Shown: piece by piece, positions 60,001 through 64,000 of the stretch
How positions within the stretch are numbered: the stretch's first letter is position 1
Layout: each line of letters opens with the position of its first letter
From: Candidatus Eiseniibacteriota bacterium
Lineage (GTDB): Bacteria > Eisenbacteria > RBG-16-71-46
Direction of reading: 5' to 3'
Length of the DNA: 64,000 bases
NCBI GenBank assembly: GCA_044223005.1
Contig: JBGAML010000004.1
Coordinates: forward strand, 192,001-256,000
Notes under the pieces: model-generated
What the model was told of the DNA's origin: nothing
Seen by the model: the letters and a program-made list of their open reading frames with translations, nothing else
Databases searched by the model: none
Made by a program: the position numbers and the translations under genes

Positions 60001-62754
60001 TCAGCGCGGGCGTTCGCGCGTTTCGGCGATCGACCACGCGGCCCACACTCGCGGGGGCACGGGGACCTTCGCGCGCATGGCCTCGCGGCGGGCGTTCGCG
60101 AGCGCTGCGGCAGGGTCGGCCTCGATGGCCGCGCTGGCGACGAACCGGCTCATGAACTCGCGCGTTTCCTCGTCGCCCACGTCCCAGAAGCTGCGCACCA
60201 CGGCGCGTGCGCCGGCGTCGAGGAAGGCGTCACCCAGGCCGGGCCCGGGCTGCTCGTCGGTGCGGTAGGGCGCACCGCTCGCGCACGAGGCGAGCACGGC
60301 GAGCCGGCACGCCGACAGGTCGAGGGCGCGAACGTCGCGCGCTTCCACCATGGGCGGTGCAAAGTCGGTGCGCGCGCCGGCTGCCAGCGGAATGAACCCG
60401 AGGAACGGGGCGGCGGGATCATGCACGTGATGTGCGGCGATGTAGACGTACTCCGCTCGCGGCACGGCCTCGAGGAACGCGGTCCGCGTGGCGCCGGCAC
60501 CGCGCAGCAGCGTGGCCTCGGGCCAGCGCTGGAGCGCCGCCTGCGATTCGGCGTCCGACCCGCGCAGTGATCCGCTCCACGCGTAGCGGCGTACGAGTCC
60601 CGCGGGGACCGTGGGGTTCGCCACGATCACGGCTTCGCGCGCGTCGTGTGTCGCACGCACGGACCAGCCGGCCTCGTAGACGATGTCGGTGATTTCGGCC
60701 AGCGGCGATCCGCCCTCCCGTGCAGGCGCCACCAGCGCGCCGAACGGTAGCATCAGCAGCGGGCCGTCGGGCGAGATCTCGATTCGCGCCGGCGTCCGCG
60801 CGTCGCGGACGATCTCGGTCGGCAGCAGTTCCCGCGCGAGCCGCGTCAGCAGGGCTTCGGCGCGCGGCCCGAGCACGCGGCCCGCGGCAGGCGCTTCGGT
60901 GCGCAACGCGGCGACGGTGCGCCTCACCTCCGCGAGGCACGAGTCCGCACCGAGCGCGAGCGTGTCGAGCACGACGCCGCGCGCGGTCGCGGTCCAGCGC
61001 AGTAGGTGGCCAGACGTGAAGCGATAGACGAAATGCGTGCCGGGGCCGGGGTGGCGTATCGGCGCGAACGGGTCCGATCGCGTGAATGCGCCGCGGCGCG
61101 CGAGGGAGCGCCACTCCATCTCGAATCCGTACCCGGCCGCGGGAGCGAGGCGCGCCAGTTCGTGCACGGCATCGCGCGGCGAGAGCCCGGTGGCCTCGCA
61201 CATGCCGAGCCCGCGGATGCCTTCGCGATCCGGCCCCTCGCGCCCGAGTACGCCCAGCACCTCGCGCAGCAGTGCGCGGCCGCCGGCGAGGTCGCCCGCG
61301 CGCAGCCGCAACCTCGCCCGCAGGACGCGCAGCGCCAGCCGGGCATCGCCGGCCTGCTCCGCGCCATCACGCTCGAGCCGCCGGGCGACGTCCGCTTCGG
61401 CGCGACGGGCGGCGTCGAAATGGCCCAGCGCTTCCGCGGCACGGGCGTAGCGCAGCTCGAGCGGCAGCACCGCCTCGTCGACGTGCGCCGTATCGCAGTG
61501 CGCAAGGCCGCTCGCGCACGTCCGTTCGGTCGTGACCCAGTCGCCGGCGCGCATCGCGCAGCGCGATTCGGCTTCGGCCATCACCGCGACGCCGATGCGA
61601 CGCGAACTGTTCGGTGCGCCAGCGAGGTACGGCTGCACCTCGGCGCGAGCCTGGTCCGCCTGCCCGCGCCCGAACGCCGCCCGCGCCCGGAGCACCGCCG
61701 CGTCGAAGAGCGTCTTGTCGCGCTCGATGTCGACGAAGTGATTCGGGGCGTCGCGCATCAGCACGGGCAGGCGCTGGAGCGAGCGGTCCACCAGGTTCCA
61801 GCAGTCCATCTGCGCGAACAGCTTCGCTTCGCGCACCACCAGGCGTGCGCGCGACTTGCCGACGCCGCGCGTTTCCACGAGCTCGACGGCGTCCATCAGC
61901 CGATCGGCGGCGGCCGCGGGCCGGCCCTCGTTCACTTCGTGCTGCGCCTGGAAGCTCGTCAGCCGGACGATCTGGTCCACGAAGGGGTGGGCGCGAGCCA
62001 GCGTCATCGCCTCGGCGAAGACCACCTGCGCCGAATCCTCGTGATTCCACTGACGGTGGTGTTCGGCGAGCTGGCCGAGAATCTGGCACGACATGTAGTC
62101 ATCGTTCGCGAGTCGCGCGAGCGCGCGCGCGGCCTCGAGGTTCTGGCGAAACTCGGCGCGATGGCCGATCTCCATCTCCAGCTGCGCGGCGACGAAGTGG
62201 GCGTTCTCCATGCCGATCGAATCCCGCAGCGACCGGTAGCGCTCGAGGATTCCCCGCACGCCCCTCAGGCGGGCCGCGGGGGTGATCTTCGGATCGGACA
62301 TCAGGTCGAAGATCGCGATGCTCGTCCGCCGGACGCCGAAGTCCGACAGCGGATCTCGCCGCGCGTTGGCGCGCGCGTACTGCCCCGTCACCGAGAGCGA
62401 GAAGTCCCGCGCCAGTTCGTCTCCGATCTGGATCTGCAGGCCTTCGAGCAGGTCCCGCACTTCGAGGAAACGCGTGTACGGCCGCCGCGCCATGGCCCAC
62501 TGCGCGACTTCGTAGGCGTCCATGAGCGGGCCGGTGCCCAAGGTCATGCAGTACGCCTGCCACCGGGCGTCGTCGTCGAAGCAGGCGTGCCGGACGGTCG
62601 TGGTGTCGAGCGCGGGAGCGGCGGCCAGCAGCTGCTCGAACCGGTGTTGCGCGCGGTATCGGCGCACGGCAGCCGGGAGGACGGCGAGCAGTGCGAGGCA
62701 CGATGCGGCGACGATCGCGCCCCAGGCGATTCTCCGAGGGGAGGGAGTCAGCAT
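60001..62754 (-). CDS. Membrane-anchored helical-repeat (TPR-like) CHAT-domain caspase-like protease
   Basis: N-terminal TM; ISPDGPLLMLPFGAL, YIAAHH (His), LAVLASCASG (Cys), AFLDAGARAVVRSFWDVGD, WAAW. Confidence 0.88.
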   Translation of the reverse strand: MLTPSPRRIAWGAIVAASCLALLAVLPAAVRRYRAQHRFEQLLAAAPALDTTTVRHACFDDDARWQAYCMTLGTGPLMDAYEVAQWAMARRPYTRFLEVRDLLEGLQIQIGDELARDFSLSVTGQYARANARRDPLSDFGVRRTSIAIFDLMSDPKITPAARLRGVRGILERYRSLRDSIGMENAHFVAAQLEMEIGHRAEFRQNLEAARALARLANDDYMSCQILGQLAEHHRQWNHEDSAQVVFAEAMTLARAHPFVDQIVRLTSFQAQHEVNEGRPAAAADRLMDAVELVETRGVGKSRARLVVREAKLFAQMDCWNLVDRSLQRLPVLMRDAPNHFVDIERDKTLFDAAVLRARAAFGRGQADQARAEVQPYLAGAPNSSRRIGVAVMAEAESRCAMRAGDWVTTERTCASGLAHCDTAHVDEAVLPLELRYARAAEALGHFDAARRAEADVARRLERDGAEQAGDARLALRVLRARLRLRAGDLAGGRALLREVLGVLGREGPDREGIRGLGMCEATGLSPRDAVHELARLAPAAGYGFEMEWRSLARRGAFTRSDPFAPIRHPGPGTHFVYRFTSGHLLRWTATARGVVLDTLALGADSCLAEVRRTVAALRTEAPAAGRVLGPRAEALLTRLARELLPTEIVRDARTPARIEISPDGPLLMLPFGALVAPAREGGSPLAEITDIVYEAGWSVRATHDAREAVIVANPTVPAGLVRRYAWSGSLRGSDAESQAALQRWPEATLLRGAGATRTAFLEAVPRAEYVYIAAHHVHDPAAPFLGFIPLAAGARTDFAPPMVEARDVRALDLSACRLAVLASCASGAPYRTDEQPGPGLGDAFLDAGARAVVRSFWDVGDEETREFMSRFVASAAIEADPAAALANARREAMRAKVPVPPRVWAAWSIAETRERPR

Positions 62755-62821
62755 GCGCCGCGTGGGGTTCTCGGGGTAGTGAGCGTATCCCCCGGTCGAG
62801 GGACACACTCCATCGTGGGGT

Positions 62822-62852
62822 ATTCGACGGCGCATTCGGCGGAATTCCGCAT
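62822..62852 (-). repeat. 31-nt repeat copy B (candidate ECF promoter of the CHAT gene)
   Basis: Minus strand ATGCGGAAT-N15-GTCGAAT, 68 nt upstream of the CHAT start. Confidence 0.65.
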
Positions 62853-63023
62853 GCGCGATCGCGGATATCTCACGCGAGTTTCCCGACGTCGTTTCATTCG
62901 ACCGATCCGGACGGTTTGCACCCGTTTCTCATACCCCGCAGGGCGCGAAGCGTCCTAGAATGACTCGTGCTTGGTGGGCCTCATGACCGGGAGTGCTCGA
63001 TCCGGCAGCGGGAAGGACCGCGG

Positions 63024-63887
63024 ATGACCGAATCCGAACACACTCCGAATTCCATGACGCCCGTCCCCCACCATGCCGGGGACGTGGAACTGGTGCGTCG
63101 GATTCTCGCAGACGACGCGCCCGCGTGGGAAGCGTTCGTCCACCGCTATGCGGGCCTGATCTACTCGGTCGTCCGTCGCTACCTGCGCACGCGCGATCGG
63201 GACGACATCCGCTCGGTGATGGTCGACGTCCTGGTGAACTTGCGCCGTTCGAAGCTCGCGACCTACGAAGGTCGTGCCGCACTTTCGACTTGGTTGACGC
63301 TGGTGGCGCGCTCCGAAGCGCTCGAAGTACTGCGCCGGCGATTCGGCCGGGGGCGCGACGTCGCGGGATTCGAAGATCTCTCGGAACTCGAACGCCGCAT
63401 CTTCCGCTTCTACTACATCGAGGGACGTTCCTGTCACGACCTGATCGCCGAACTGTCGACGCCGACCGATCCGTGGACCCTCGATCGCTTCGTCGCGACG
63501 CTTCGGAGCATCGAACAGAAGCTGGGTGACCGCTGGCTGCGCCGGCATGCCTACGACCTGCACGCGCAGTCGGTGGGCGCGGCCTCGGGGCGGATGCTGG
63601 AATACCTGGACCACGTGCGCGACGAGTTCCAGCACCAGTCGGGGGGACACAGCCCGGAGTATCACCTCATGGAACGTGAGGCTCGCCTCACGGCCCGGAG
63701 GCTCCGGGAGATGATCGAAACGCTCGATCCGGCCGAGCGGCGCATCCTCGAACTGAGATTCGAGCTGGGTTGGACCGCGCAGGAGATCGCCGACGAACTC
63801 GGGATCCCGAGCGCGCGGGGGGTCTACAGCATCACCGAACGCGTCGTACGGCACCTGCGGCGCTGGTTCGGTGAGCAGGAACGGTAG
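63024..63887 (+). CDS. ECF-type sigma factor with long internal insertion
   Basis: Sigma2 (AWEAFVHRY..LSTWLTLVAR) and sigma4 (LDPAERRILELRFELGWTAQEIADELG); GAAGGA RBS. Confidence 0.85.
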   Translation: MTESEHTPNSMTPVPHHAGDVELVRRILADDAPAWEAFVHRYAGLIYSVVRRYLRTRDRDDIRSVMVDVLVNLRRSKLATYEGRAALSTWLTLVARSEALEVLRRRFGRGRDVAGFEDLSELERRIFRFYYIEGRSCHDLIAELSTPTDPWTLDRFVATLRSIEQKLGDRWLRRHAYDLHAQSVGAASGRMLEYLDHVRDEFQHQSGGHSPEYHLMEREARLTARRLREMIETLDPAERRILELRFELGWTAQEIADELGIPSARGVYSITERVVRHLRRWFGEQER

Positions 63888-63893
63888 GACATC

Positions 63894-64000
63894 ATGACCG
63901 GACACGAAGATCTCGAGACGCTGGCGGCGCTCGCCGAGGGGACACTCCCGCCGGACGTGGCCGAGCGCGTGCGCGAGCACCTCGCCGGGTGCCGAACCTG
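63894..64000 (+). CDS. zf-HC2 (ZAS) anti-sigma factor, 3' truncated by window edge
   Basis: MTGHEDLETLAALAEGTLPPDVAERVREHLAGCRT(C): H..HxxxCxxC; the last codon is cut after TG. Confidence 0.85.
   Translation, partial: MTGHEDLETLAALAEGTLPPDVAERVREHLAGCRT

Noticed and set aside
1..64000. CRISPR array, rRNA, tRNA (including tRNA-Sec near selB), integrase or transposase
   Set aside because: No regularly spaced repeats, cloverleaf/T-loop signatures or recombinase motifs were seen by eye; a covariance scan would be needed to exclude them fully.

Overview
High-GC (visually about 70-75%) window from a diderm bacterium, judged by Wza/Wzi, a TonB-dependent receptor and an LdtD-like transpeptidase. 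The taxon cannot be fixed from sequence alone. Left to right: (1) the 3' part of lpdA; (2) a Wzy-dependent capsule/EPS locus (Wza/SLBB, Wzz-like, Wzx, three glycosyltransferases, Wzy, DegT aminotransferase, priming transferase, methyltransferase) with a convergent wzi; (3) a histidine kinase-lipoprotein-sigma54 response regulator-CdaR-like cluster, then a 750-bp intergenic region with a perfect minus-strand sigma54 promoter ahead of a structured, probably non-coding RNA, plus the divergent rho promoter and C-rich leader; (4) rho, accessory enzymes, rpmE-DUF1385-prfA-(CXXC gene)-prmC, sulfurtransferase-sufE, a PAS hybrid kinase, murA, two tandem transglutaminase-like paralogs and thrABC; (5) a TetR-associated TonB receptor/glycoside hydrolase locus; (6) selB; (7) a low-GC SRA-HNH modification-dependent nuclease; (8) a membrane-anchored CHAT (caspase-like) protease divergent from an atypical ECF sigma factor and a zf-HC2 anti-sigma. 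A 31-nt promoter-like repeat lies on both sides of the CHAT gene. The best candidates for undescribed systems are the sigma54-driven RNA next to its putative three-component activator and the CHAT/ECF/anti-sigma module. All product calls come from motif recognition by eye; no database searches were run.
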